Below are positions 13,056-24,280 of a stretch of DNA of 64,000 nt, one piece after another (position 1 is the first letter of the stretch; every line of letters starts with the position of its first letter). The stretch is from Octopus sinensis (taxonomy: Eukaryota). Location of the stretch: assembly GCF_006345805.1 (NCBI RefSeq), contig NC_043013.1, positions 50,530,001 through 50,594,000 of the forward strand, read 5' to 3'. A model generated the notes under the pieces. That model saw only the letters and a list, made by a program, of their open reading frames with translations, was not told the DNA's origin and made no database searches. The translations under genes and the position numbers were made by a program.

Positions 13056-13434
13056 ACTAGCAGTATCGCCCGGCGTTGCTCGGGTTTGTAAGGGAAATAA
13101 CTATAAAGCATTTTTAGAGAGTTATAGCCAAAAAATAGCAAAAAAATGGAAAAAAAAATTATGGTAAATTTTTTTTGAGAGTTAAAAAGGTCGAGTTGCG
13201 TCCCCTAGACAGTCTGTGGTTTGTGTTTCTGATTCTCGACCCCATGTCGAATTTATCGATTTTTTTCAGAACTGGGGGAACTTTTCAAAATTTTCTCTGC
13301 GTTAGTTTTGAATTATGACATTGGGCTATGTGTGTGTTAAGTTTCATCAGAATCGGTTGAAAGCCGTGGTCAGGGTGAGGGTACAACCTGACAGACACAC
13401 AGACAGACAAACTGCCGTTTATATAGAGAGAGAT
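13056..13434 (+). mobile_element. Helentron-associated (HINE/DINE-1-like) non-autonomous element; related copy at 53212-53720
   Basis: Starts ACTAGCAG...GCCCGGCGTTGC(T/C)CGGG and ends GACAGACAAACTGCCGTTTATATA. The 3' ~200 bp is nearly identical between the two copies. A similar terminal pattern occurs at 55494-55910. Confidence 0.65.
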
Positions 13435-13654
13435 GTATAATATATTCTTAGTCTTAGGCCAGTCACGAACCCAAGGGCTCCTTAACCCGGAGCTTAACCA
13501 GGGTTTCATGACTTATAAGCGAATGAAAGTATAATACTGCATCTCAGTCTGAATGCGACACTAGACCGTCACAGAGTTAACCCGTAGCAATTACTGCTAT
13601 TCATTTTCAACTGAGCTGACTGGAGCAATGTAAAACGAAGTCGTTTGCTGAAGC

Positions 13655-13950
13655 CCGATCTAGAAATCGAAACCGTGACCTTACGATTGTCAGTTCAATG
13701 CCCTAATCTTTTACTCAAGGCAAGAATCTGCTGCTTCTTCTAGAAATCGAAATCGCGACCTTACGATCGTGTGTCTAATGCATTGGTCTCCTGCCAAAGC
13801 CTATAATTCGTCGCTCTGTTTAGGAATCGAAATCGCAATCTCACGATTGTGAATCCAATGCCATAGTCTTTTGCCAATAATGCATCGCCTCGTCTCGAAA
13901 TCGAAACAGCGACCTTACGATCACGTACTCAGCGCCCTAACCAGGCGGCC
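13655..13950 (-). repeat. Degenerate tandem array (about 4 x 78 bp) of tRNA-like SINE heads
   Basis: AATCGAAA..GC/GTGACCTTACGAT..T...AATGC recurs at about 13660, 13740, 13820 and 13895. Confidence 0.6.
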
Positions 13951-14626
13951 ACGCTGACATCTTCTCATCGTGTATCACAGTTTTGTTATTTTGCTGCTAT
14001 GTCTCTGTTCCAGTGAACAAAACATTGCAGTCCTACTTATCTCGTGACCGACGGTTTTAGTTACTAGGTTGCGGCCATGCTGGGGCACCGCCTTTAAGAG
14101 TTTAGATGTCATATCAACCACTGCCTGTAATTATTTTTTTTTACGATATGTGATTCTTTTATCGGTATCCAACCACTATGTTTTGGGACATAACAAACAA
14201 ATATAAATACAGGGACCTACGCATACATAATGGGCTTTCGTACAGTTTCCATATACTAAATCCATTCACAAGGAATTAGTCGATCTGAAGCCATAGTAGA
14301 TGACACTAGTTTAGATTTCCACGCAATGAAATCGAACCCGAAACCAAGTGGTTGTGAAACGAACTGCGTAACTACACAGCTTTACCTGTAACTGTTGCTA
14401 GAACGTTCTCCAGATATTCTTATAAAAGCAGGGTAAAAAGCCAAATTTACAAAAAAAAAAAAAAGTTGTTTCGATTTACGATAAATCGAATTATCAATAA
14501 AGATATTACTAAGAAAAAAAGTCACACAATGCTGTTTTAAAAAATGAAACGTCTTTTTTTCTATCTAAATAACATAAAAACCTTTTTTACTCTTTGAAAA
14601 AATTTAAATTTGTACCATCAGCTAAA

Positions 14627-14698
14627 AGGTCCTACCGAGATTCGAACTCGGATCGCTGGATTCAAAGTCCAGAGTGCTAACCATTACACCATAGGACC
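14627..14698 (-). tRNA. tRNA-Gln-TTG: tRNA-Gln, anticodon TTG
   Basis: Reverse complement GGTCCTATGGTGTAATGGTTAGCACTCTGGACTTTGAATCCAGCGATCCGAGTTCGAATCTCGGTAGGACCT. It is 72 nt with a complete cloverleaf (acceptor GGTCCTA/TAGGACC, anticodon loop CTTTGAA, T-loop GTTCGAATC) and runs into a T4 tract (Pol III terminator). Confidence 0.97.
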
Positions 14699-14966
14699 AG
14701 GGCTGTCCGCCATTGAGGCCAATATGCATTTTATTCTTTTATGTACACACAACCCCCACCCCCACGATTATACGACTTATGTAGGTATTTGTGGGTGTAT
14801 ATATATATACATATATTTATGCAAAGATGTGTGTACATCTGTATACGTATATACACATCTATTTGTCTATTTGCTTATCTGTCACTCTCTGTCTCTTACG
14901 CTTTCTCTATTTCTTACGCTTTCTCTCCCTCTCTCTCTCCATATATATATATATATATATATATAC

Positions 14967-15033
<67 letters not shown>

Positions 15034-15171
15034 GTGTGTGTGTGTGTGTGTGTATTTACATATGTCTATATCATATAATAACAGCCCTCCCTCGCACGCC
15101 AACCCAAACAGCTGATCGAGTTAGCGGTGAATTTAGAGTTACCTCCCCGTTATTTACATTTTTCGAGAGAA

Positions 15172-15275
15172 ATGGCGGCTACCCTCGACAACATCGTTGA
15201 TACGGACAGCGAGGACGAACTGCCCCCAGGATGGGAGGAAAGGGTCACCTTCGAAGGAAAAGTCTACTATGCCAA
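15172..15275 (+). CDS. WWOX: WW domain-containing oxidoreductase, coding exon 1
   Basis: Translates [34 protein letters not shown]+AA, matching the WWOX N-terminus (human [26 protein letters not shown]). Ends at a phase-2 donor AA|GTGAGT, the same position as human intron 1. Not in the ORF track. Confidence 0.96.
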
Positions 15276-15663
15276 GTGAGTGGACATTCTCTACTCTATC
15301 TTTCCTCACTTTATTCCACCCAATTCCGTTCTTCCTAGTAAAACAACTGTCCCATTCGGACGCCGTGTTCAGGCCGAGCCTTTGTTTATCATTTCCCAAA
15401 AGGGAGGATCAGGACTTGTTTTCGCTTTTGGTTGCTCGTTTACACTATTTTCTACTCAACGAGACACCTTAATGATATAATATGATGTAGCTGTGTCTAT
15501 TTGACTTGTAATCTCTGCGGTTGTCGACCACGGAATATAGACAGGGGTTTCGTTTTGATCATCTTACGTTGGGCATGTTCTACACACCTCGTACTATATA
15601 CCATACTGTATTATATATATATATTACACAATATTATACGATACGATACAACCACACGCTCAC

Positions 15664-15705
<42 letters not shown>

Positions 15706-16103
15706 ATGCTGTGTTTATGTAAATGTGTGCGTATGTATAAAAACCTACACGCATCTTTGCATTAACACAATATCACATACTACACATTGCTCTTTGCGGC
15801 ACAATACTGCGCCATGCGGCACTGTACTACGCCACGCTGCACTATACTGCATCACATTGCTCCATAATACATTACAGTTCACTATAATGCACCAGACTAT
15901 ACTACATAACACTGCACTATACTATATTATTCAGTTCCACACTATATTACACTATACTATACTATGCTGTGCTCTGCTACATTGCATTACACAGGACTAT
16001 ACGTTATAGTACTCATTGTACTATACTATGTCCCAATACTATGTAATTTACTATTCTACACTGTACTATGTCATAATGCAATATACTGTGGTACATTACA
16101 ATA

Positions 16104-16819
16104 CAGGATGGTCCGAAGGTCTTGTTACCCCCTACATATTGTTTATTATTGTCATTATTATTATTATTTTTTGTTTTAGCACAACCCCACCACATGTAAT
16201 GATTTGGGCCACCATATCGAGTAAGGACCTGATAGGACCCAATTTCTTCGAGCACTATTAACCAGCAATCTTACATGGCCCTGTTGAGGGAGTGGTTTAT
16301 TCCACAGGTCCAGAGGCTGAATGTTGACCTAAATGATTGTTAGTTCCAACAAGATGGTGCCCTACCCTCACTATGCTATCACTGTCCAAGAATACCTAAA
16401 GGAAGTTTTTTGGGATAGATGGACAGAGCGAGAATCGCAACAACTTCCAGCACCTATCGATAGGTCTCCCAGAAGTCCTGACCTCATGTCTTGCGTTAAA
16501 GCCCTGTGAGCTATTATCAAGGAGAGAGTTTCACATGAAAGGTACCAGGCTACCCATCATCAGTTGAAGGACGCCGTTCGGTGAGCCTTTGCATCAATCA
16601 CCAAAGCACAGCTTCAAAAAATATCAGAGAGGACATGTCACCACATCATTTTGTGCCACGAAAATGATGGTGTTCATAGAGATCTCCTCAATGTGTGACA
16701 GCATCAATGAAAGGGATTAAAGTAAATCCAGTTCATGCTTTGGATTAATGCTTTACTTGTTCTTCTGTTGTTCTCATGACTCTTTGGTAAAGGGGTAACA
16801 ACACTTTCAGATCACCCTG
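16104..16819 (+). mobile_element. Internally deleted Tc1-family DNA transposon
   Basis: TIRs CAGG(A/G)TG(G/A)TC(C/T)GAA(G/A)GT(C/G)TTGTTACCCC with TA flanks. Remnant motifs HVMIWATIS, QQDGA and RSPDL. Confidence 0.8.
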
Positions 16820-18259
16820 TACATCACATGTTGCGCATATTCAATTCTTTATTGCCCACAAGGGGCTAAACATAGAGAGGACAAACAAGGACAGACAAAC
16901 GGATTAATTCGATTACATCGACCCCAGTGCATAACTGGTACTTATTTAATCGCCCCCGAAAGGATGAAAGGCAAAGGCGACCTCGGCGGAATTTGAACTC
17001 AGAACATAGCGGCAGACGAAATACCTATTTCTTTGTTACCCACAAGGGGCTAAACACAGAGGGGACAAACAATGACAGACAAAGGGACTAAGTCGATTAC
17101 ATCGACCCCAGTGCGTAACTGGTACTTATTTAATCGCCCCCGAAAGGATGAAAGGCAAAGGCGACCTCGGCGGAATTTGAACTCAGAACGTAGCGGCAGA
17201 CGAAATACCGCTAAGCATTTCGCCCGGCGTGCTAACGTTTCTGCCAGCTCGCCACTCTACACTGCACTATATACTATACAGCACTTACTTTTTACCATAC
17301 TATACTGGCAACGAGGGTTCCAGATGATCTGATCAACAGAACAACCTGCTTGTGGATTATACATGCAAGTGGTTGAGCACTCCATAGATATGTCTACCCT
17401 TAATGTAGTTCCCAGGGAGATTTAGCATGACACAGACTGTGACAAGGCTGGCCCCTTTGAATAGCAGGTACTATTTGTTTTTGCCATCTGAGTGGACTGG
17501 AACAATGTGAAATAAATTGTCTAAAAGACACAATGCACCACTGGGAATTGGAACTCACGACTTTACAGTCATGAGCAGAATACCCTAACCATTAAGCCAC
17601 ACACCTTCACAAATTAATGTGCAAGTGGCTGAGTACTCCACAGACACATGGTATCACACAAAATGGGACAAGGCTGGCCCCATTGAATTACAGGTACAAC
17701 ACATTTTTGCTAGCTGAGTAGAATGGATGAATGAGAAATAAAGAGTCTTGCTCAAGGACAGTGCACCATTGAGAATCGAACTCACAATATTACGATTGTG
17801 AGCCAAATGCCCTAACCTCTAAGCCACATGCCTTCACACCTTACTGTAAGACACCACATTGTACGGAACTATAATAAATCATGAAATATGAGGTATAAAG
17901 CGAAGATACATGGCTCAATGGTTAGAGCGTTGGGCTTACAATCATGTGGCAGCGAGTTCAATTCCTGGACCGGGCTGTGTGTTGTGTTCTTCAGCAAGAC
18001 ACTTTTATTTCATGTTGCTCCAGTCCATTCAGCTGTAGGAATGAGTTGCGACATCACTGGTGCCAAGCTGTGTCAGCCTTTACCTTTCCTTTGGACAGCA
18101 TCAGTGGCATGGAGACGGGAGGCTGGTATGCATGGACGGCTGCTGGTCTTCCATAAACAACCTTCCCCGGACTTGTGCCTCAGAGGGTTACCTTCTACAT
18201 GAAATCCCATGGCCATTCATGACCAAAGGGAATCTTTACTTTTTTATGAGATATAAAGT

Positions 18260-18530
18260 ACATTAGTTACACTTGACGGGTATTTGTCCTCAACTTGTTT
18301 GTTATTAACACAAAGTTCTGGCTGATATATCCTCCAGCCTTCATCAGGTGTCTTGGGAAATTTCGAACCTGGGTTCTCATTCCTAAGATATTTTTTCAAT
18401 GTTATTATTGTTATTATTATTCAAGTCTCTGTTTGGAATCAAACTTGGGATCTTGGGGTTAGTAGCCCATGCTCTTAACCACTACATCATATGCCTGTGG
18501 GCAATTCTGGAGTGAATTTTAGGGCTTATA
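18260..18530 (-). mobile_element. SINE-like element with tRNA-like head and degenerate hammerhead; second copy at about 23965-24203
   Basis: Minus strand: GTAGTGGTTAAGAGCATGGGCTACTAACCCCAAG...GTTTGATTCC (A/B-box-like), then ACAC-CTGATGA-AGGCTG..CAGCC-AGAACTTT-GTGT. Confidence 0.6.
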
Positions 18531-19843
18531 AAGTAGTTTAGGGAATTAGAGACCAAACTAGGTTCATCAAAATGAAAGTAAAAATGAAACTATGTCTTTG
18601 CCAATTTGCAAACCAATATTTCCTTATCTGGAATAACTCCAGATCTGAAAACTGCTTTTGAATCGAAAGTACTCCATTCAAAGCTTGTCCATAGCAATTT
18701 CACTTTCCTTGCTCATTGTATCACTCGGTGAGGTAGAACTTGAGACAATATAATCATGAAGCAAACTTTTCTACTCTTGGAACCGTAGTATAAAGAGAAA
18801 ATTCTTTAAGTTGGTAAAAATTCTGCTATTTTGGACACTAGTCTTCCTTTAGCAAAAAGAAAACTAGGTGAATCAGAAATATTAAATTTCTAAATATCTA
18901 ATAGAGATATGTATGGTGGTGGGGCGATAGAGTGGTTGTATATTGTCAACTTAACGTGACAGTCCCATAAAGGGAATTACACCACTGCTATTTAGCCCTA
19001 GGAAGCATCAATGCTTCCTGTCGGCCTTGACACATTTCCTGTATCCTTATATATTTACGAAGGGGAGACAAACACCCCCAACAGCTAGGACTAGCAACCT
19101 GAAGACATGCATGTTTCTGGGTCTTGCCCATCATCAGTCTAGAGTAGCAAGGCCTGCTAGCTGAAGATATCTGTCTAGACTTCATAAATATATATATATA
19201 TATATATTTTCTTCCTTCAAGAATAGAAAACAAGAGGAAAAGGAAAGAGACAAAAAAATGGTAGTGCTGTGGTAGTTTTGCTACCAAACCTACCCTAACC
19301 CTGACCCTTTCTATGAGAGTAAACTGCTGAATGGGCTTACCAGTCAGTGCCAGAAGTACTCCACCTCACCTGCACCTTAATTTATGCCTTTTAACTCTCT
19401 CCCCAGCCTCTGTTGCCTCCTCCTCCTTCTTCTTCTTCTCCTTCTATACACCCTACACGTCTCTCCGTCTGTGACTGTCCCACTAAACCCTTGACAAACT
19501 GCTATCACCTTTCATATTTGCCTCACCTACACAAACCAAAGACACCAATCTGGCCCTAAATGTCTGCATCTCTCTCCCTCGCTGTGCCTCAAGCAGGATA
19601 GTCTTTCATTGTGGACAGCAAGTGTCTTTGCACACATCCCGAGAAACCCACCCACATCCAGAATCACTGGCCCCTTTTACTTTGTTCAGCTTATCCTTGT
19701 TCTCAATTCTTTTCCCTTTTTGGGATACATGTATGTATATGTATGTAAGTATGTATGTGTGTATGTTTGTAGTTCAAATTTACAGAAAGTGAAGGAACGG
19801 CGAGTAGGTGTATTAGTTTAACACTTAGGGAGAATGGAAAAGT

Positions 19844-19879
19844 CTTTGATGTTTCAAGCCTATGCTCTTCAACAGAAAG
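19844..19879 (-). ncRNA. Hammerhead-like motif with variant core CTGTTGA (decayed)
   Basis: CTTT-CTGTTGA-A-GAGC-ATAG-GCTT-GAAAC-ATC-AAAG. Same family as 36572-36608 and 36764-36799. Confidence 0.45.
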
Positions 19880-20319
19880 GATTGAGATGAAAAAAATGGA
19901 GAGAAAAAAAAATTTGTAGGTATTAATAGTTCAACATGTGTGTATGTATGTATGTGTGCATGTTTGTGTGTGTGTCTTCTGTGCCTTGACATTGTGTGAC
20001 TGTTGTAAATGAGTGTCACTGTTATATAAGTGGTGTCCTTCATGTCCAGTCTTCCATGAAAACATGTCTGGCCAAAAAGAAATATTACTTTACTTAGAAA
20101 CAGGTGAAGGTTGTTGACAGGAAGGGCATCCAACTGTAGAAAATATGCTGCACCAAATTCCGTCCAACCCATGTGGGCATAGAACAGCAGACATCAAAAC
20201 TATGATGATGAAGCTCTTTGGTGCCTAATCCCTACCCAAACAGGCACTTCCAAGAGCAGTTGCTATGGGTACCACACTTTGTGATGGGTACCACAGTTGC
20301 CATGGGTACCACTCACATT

Positions 20320-20656
20320 AATAACACCAGTTCTATCAAACTTCAGCTGCACGTTTACCATCATCATATACTTCATTGCATTTCTTTGGAAACGTCTACC
20401 TTGGTAAAATTGTCTATCATTTAGGTGATCACTTGATCACCCAGATCAAGAGATCAATAACAACACTCTTCAGTGCATGTCTGGCCTTTCCCGTGGTTCA
20501 CCATTCCAACCAGGCCCACCACCACACTGTCGACCACCTCTTGGTGTTCAGTGTTTCTGCTAACCATGGATCTGTATATTCTAAGAAACATAAAAAGTAC
20601 ATCATATTACTCCTCTTCACTTGGAGCACCTTCTTCCTCAGGCTTAAACAAACCTC
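20320..20656 (+). mobile_element. Penelope-like element GIY-YIG endonuclease remnant
   Basis: Across frames: NFSCTFTIIIY.I, YLGKIVYHLGDH, FPVVHHSN...HTVDHLLV and GLNKP. These are degenerate versions of the PLE motifs FTCTS.NVIY, YIGETGRRLGDR, PVARHFN and GLN. Confidence 0.7.
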
Positions 20657-20925
20657 TTGCTCTTCCTACTCCTCCTTTTGCTCTTCCTGCTCTTCCTACT
20701 CCTCCTTTTGCTCTTCAAACTTCCACTTTTGCTCTTCCTACTCCTCCTTTTGCTCTTCCTGCTCCCCCTTTTGCTCTTCCTGCTCCCCCTTTTGCTCTTC
20801 CTGCTCCCCCTTTTGCTCTTCCTGCTCCCCCTTTTGCTCTTCCTACTCCTCCTTTTGCTCTTCCTGCTCCCCCTTTTGCTCTTCCTACTCCTCCTTTTGC
20901 TCTTCCTGCTCCTCCTGTTGCTCTT
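20657..20925. repeat. 21-bp pyrimidine-rich minisatellite (about 13 units)
   Basis: Unit CTTTTGCTCTTCCT(G/A)CTCC(C/T)C. It generates the FALPAPP / FCSSCSP ORFs. Confidence 0.9.
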
Positions 20926-21555
20926 CTTTTTCTACCCTCCTTCTTCTTCTTCTTCCTCCTCCTCTTCCTCCCCATCCTCCTCCTTCTTCACCCCTCGATG
21001 ATTGTTTATCCTTTCCTGTACTTATGTTATCTCACAGACCTGATAAAAAGCTCCCCATCATTTGTGGTCACATGGATTTCAATATCTGCATATCCATTTG
21101 CCCACTTGACCTATTTCTGTAACCTAGTTCTTAACTTTTCATCTCCTTGGGTACTAGTTGTAACTGCAAGCTTCTCTATTTATAGCATTCCATTGGCCCC
21201 TGTCTTTCGAAAGCCATCCCTGCCTCCTTACCACCACTCCTTCCTTCTTTACTCCTCTCCTTTCTCTTTCTCATGGATATCCCCTTCTCACCCTTGCACA
21301 GTTAAACACTACCCCCTACTTCTTGTCTCTTTCCTCTTAGTTCTCCCTTCTTTTATGGAAGGTCTCACCTTTTCTCTTCCCCATACACTTTTGCAACCTC
21401 TACACACCCACACTCACAGTTCATCTACACCCCTCCTACCTATTCCCTTCTACTTACCTGAAACCTTGAGGGTCCACACAGATACCTTAACATCCCTCTC
21501 TTTTCTAATGTGAGTAGCCATGTAACTCCTCTGCAGTAAGAAATCTGTTGTAATC

Positions 21556-21966
21556 TGGCGAGATGGCAGAATCGTTAGCACGCCGGGCGAAATGCTTAGT
21601 GGTATTTCGTCTACCATTACGTTCTGAGTTCAAATTCCACCGAGGTTGACTTTGCCTTTCATCCTTTCGGGGTCCATTAAATAAGCACCAGTTACGCACT
21701 GGGGTCGATATAATTGACTTAATCCGTTTGTCTGTCCTTGTTTGTCCTCTCTGTGTTTAGCCCCTTGTGGGTTGTAAAGAGATAGGTATTTTGTCTGTCT
21801 TTACATTCTGAGTTCAAATTCTGCTGAGGTCGACTTTGTCTTCATCCTTTCGGGGGTCGATAAATTAAGTACCAGTTATGCACTGAGGTCGATGTAATCT
21901 ACTTAATCCCTTTGTCTGTCCTTGTTTGTCCCCTCTATGTTTAGCCCCTTGTGGGCAATAAAGAAA
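21556..21966 (+). mobile_element. tRNA-derived SINE with duplicated 3' module and 19-bp TSD
   Basis: TSD TAAGAAATCTGTTGTAATC at 21537-21555 and 21967-21985. Head GGCGAGATGGCAGAATCG...GAGTTCAAATTCC. The family recurs many times in the window. Confidence 0.85.
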
Positions 21967-22438
21967 TAAGAAATCTGTTGTAATCCGGGGCCCCTTCTCT
22001 CATACATTTACTCCTCATTTACCCTTCATCTGTTAGCATAAAACCATCTCCCTTGAGGCTCTCCTTTGGGGCTCATAGTATGGCAACCATACTGGTGCTG
22101 GTGTCACAAAAAAGAAGCACCCACTACACACTACACAATGGTTGGCATTAAGAAGGGCATCCAATCATGGAAACCATGTTGGAGTTGACAATGGAGCATG
22201 ATGCAGTCCTTGGGCCCATCTGATCCTGAAGATCTGCCAAACCCTGCCTGATTTTAAATGAGGATAATGATGATGTGTCTGAAATATCAGAATTTTCCAT
22301 TCACCATGGTATACTAACTTTCAATAATTTTAATATTAATACTAAAACACTGTTTAATTAGGCCCTCACACTGTAGTCCATACAACCAATGAGACGTACA
22401 GTGTAGTCACACACAATACCGCTGATGGTGCAAATATA

Positions 22439-23330
22439 TGAGGTGATATCAAAAGGTTCCTGGATTAGTTATGTTTCATAAAAAATAACTTATTTATCTA
22501 AGCTTTTAATGTCATCTCCTTTGAAATAGTCACCTTGCACAGCAATGCACCAGTCCTGGTGTTCCTGCCATTTTGGAAACTTATGGAATCTGGCCTGAAA
22601 GTTGTTTTCTGTAAGTGAGATGAGGACCTTCTGCAATTCACTCTCGATCTCAACAGCCGTGTTAAAATGGTGACCTTTGAGCTACATTTTTATCTTGGAG
22701 AAGAGATGGAAGTCCACAGGTGCTAAATTTGGCAAACAGGGTGGGTGTGGAAGTGATACCATGCTTTTGGCAAGAAACTCACAAGTGAGAGGAGTCCGGT
22801 GAAAAATCTAATTCTTCACACTCCACGGATCCAATCACTTTCACCAAGTGTCCTCCTTCAAATGCATCAAAATGTCACACAGAACTCTTGGTCGATGCTT
22901 TGAGCCTGGGGGACAAATTCTTGATGCACAATACCACATTTCTTGGGGTGACACATGTGGCAGCTCTTCCAGACTGCTCATCATCTTCCAGGGATGTTCT
23001 TTCACTTTTGAAGTGCCTGTTCCATTTGAAACATTGCATACGACCCATTGCCTCATCACCGTAAGCTTGCCAAAGGATGCTCAATGTCTCTGCAGCAGAC
23101 TTCCCAAGTTTAACCCAAATTTTCACGTTGGTTCTTTGTTCCTGTCCATGACAAGAATCACAGACTACAGCATACACAGGATCAGGAAATCAAAAATTTC
23201 TTAACCTGTGAAGTAAACGCAGGGATGTCACTTGGCATACTGCCTCACGAAGGTCACTGCTCACTCTCACTGTGCACGCAACTGTTGGTGCGCTACAGAA
23301 GTAATTGAGGTACGTTTTGATACCACCTCC
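22439..23330 (-). mobile_element. Decayed mariner element
   Basis: TIRs GAGGTG(A/G)TATCAAAA with TA flanks. ORF 22875-23177 has EQRTNVKIWVKLGKSAAETLSIL.QAYGDEAM...FKSERTSLEDDEQSGR (mariner HTH region). Confidence 0.85.
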
Positions 23331-24232
23331 TATATGTATGTGTGTGTGTAGATATGAATGTATGTATACCATGCACTTCCGTACCAGTTTCACTTACATA
23401 ACATTGGCCAGCCTCAAGATACAGAAGAAAGAAACTTGCTCAAGGTGCCACGAATTGAGATGGAACCCGAAATGATGTGGTTCTTCATATAAGAAAAGGC
23501 ATTTGATTGGCAGAGTCATTGGCGCACCGGAAAAATGCTTTGCAATATTTGTTCTGGCTCGTGTCAATCTTTATGTTCTGAGTTCAAACTCTGCTACGGT
23601 CGACTTTGCCTTTTGTCCATTCATGGTCGATAAAATAAGTACCAGTTGAACTCTGTAGTAGATATGATTAACTTAGCCACTCCCATGAAACTGCTGGCCT
23701 TGTGCCAAAATTTGAAATCAATATTTGTTCTGGCCCTTTATGTTCTGAGATCAAATCCCGCTATGGACAATTTTGCCTTTTATCTCTTCTGGATCAATAT
23801 GATAGAATAACAGTCAAATACTGGGGGTTGATGGTAGTACTGCTCATTCCTCCCTCCCCTCAAAATGTCTGGTCTTGTACCTTACTCTGAAACAGTTATT
23901 AGAACAAAAAGAATGGTGGTGAGCTGGTAGAATTGGTTTTGAGAAATTTTACTATTCTATATTTTGGGGATGAGGAATTATTTACGTTTTTTACATTGGA
24001 CAGATATGTGTCCTCACCTTGTTTATTGTCATCACAACATTTCAGCTGGTGTTCTCTCCAGCCTTCATCAGGTGTTCTGTTGGAATTTCGAACCCAACTC
24101 TTTATTTGACTAATGGGGAACACTGTTCTGATTCCTAACATGTGTTGCTAGTGTTATTTTTCTGTTAATATTATTTTTCAAGACCCTGACTGTGATTGAA
24201 CTTATATATATATATATATATATAGCGCTGGC

Positions 24233-24280
<48 letters not shown>

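Noticed and set aside
14470-14490. Short inverted repeat TTCGATTTA-CGA-TAAATCGAA near the tRNA
   Set aside because: 9-bp arms are plausible by chance in 64 kb of AT-rich DNA.
18540-18900. Unique-looking segment as a nested exon
   Set aside because: No long open frame with clear splice sites and no recognisable homology.
20473-21513. 346-aa Pro-rich ORF with FALPAPP repeats
   Set aside because: Open in several frames because of a 21-bp pyrimidine minisatellite and CT-rich sequence following a Penelope remnant; no domain evidence.
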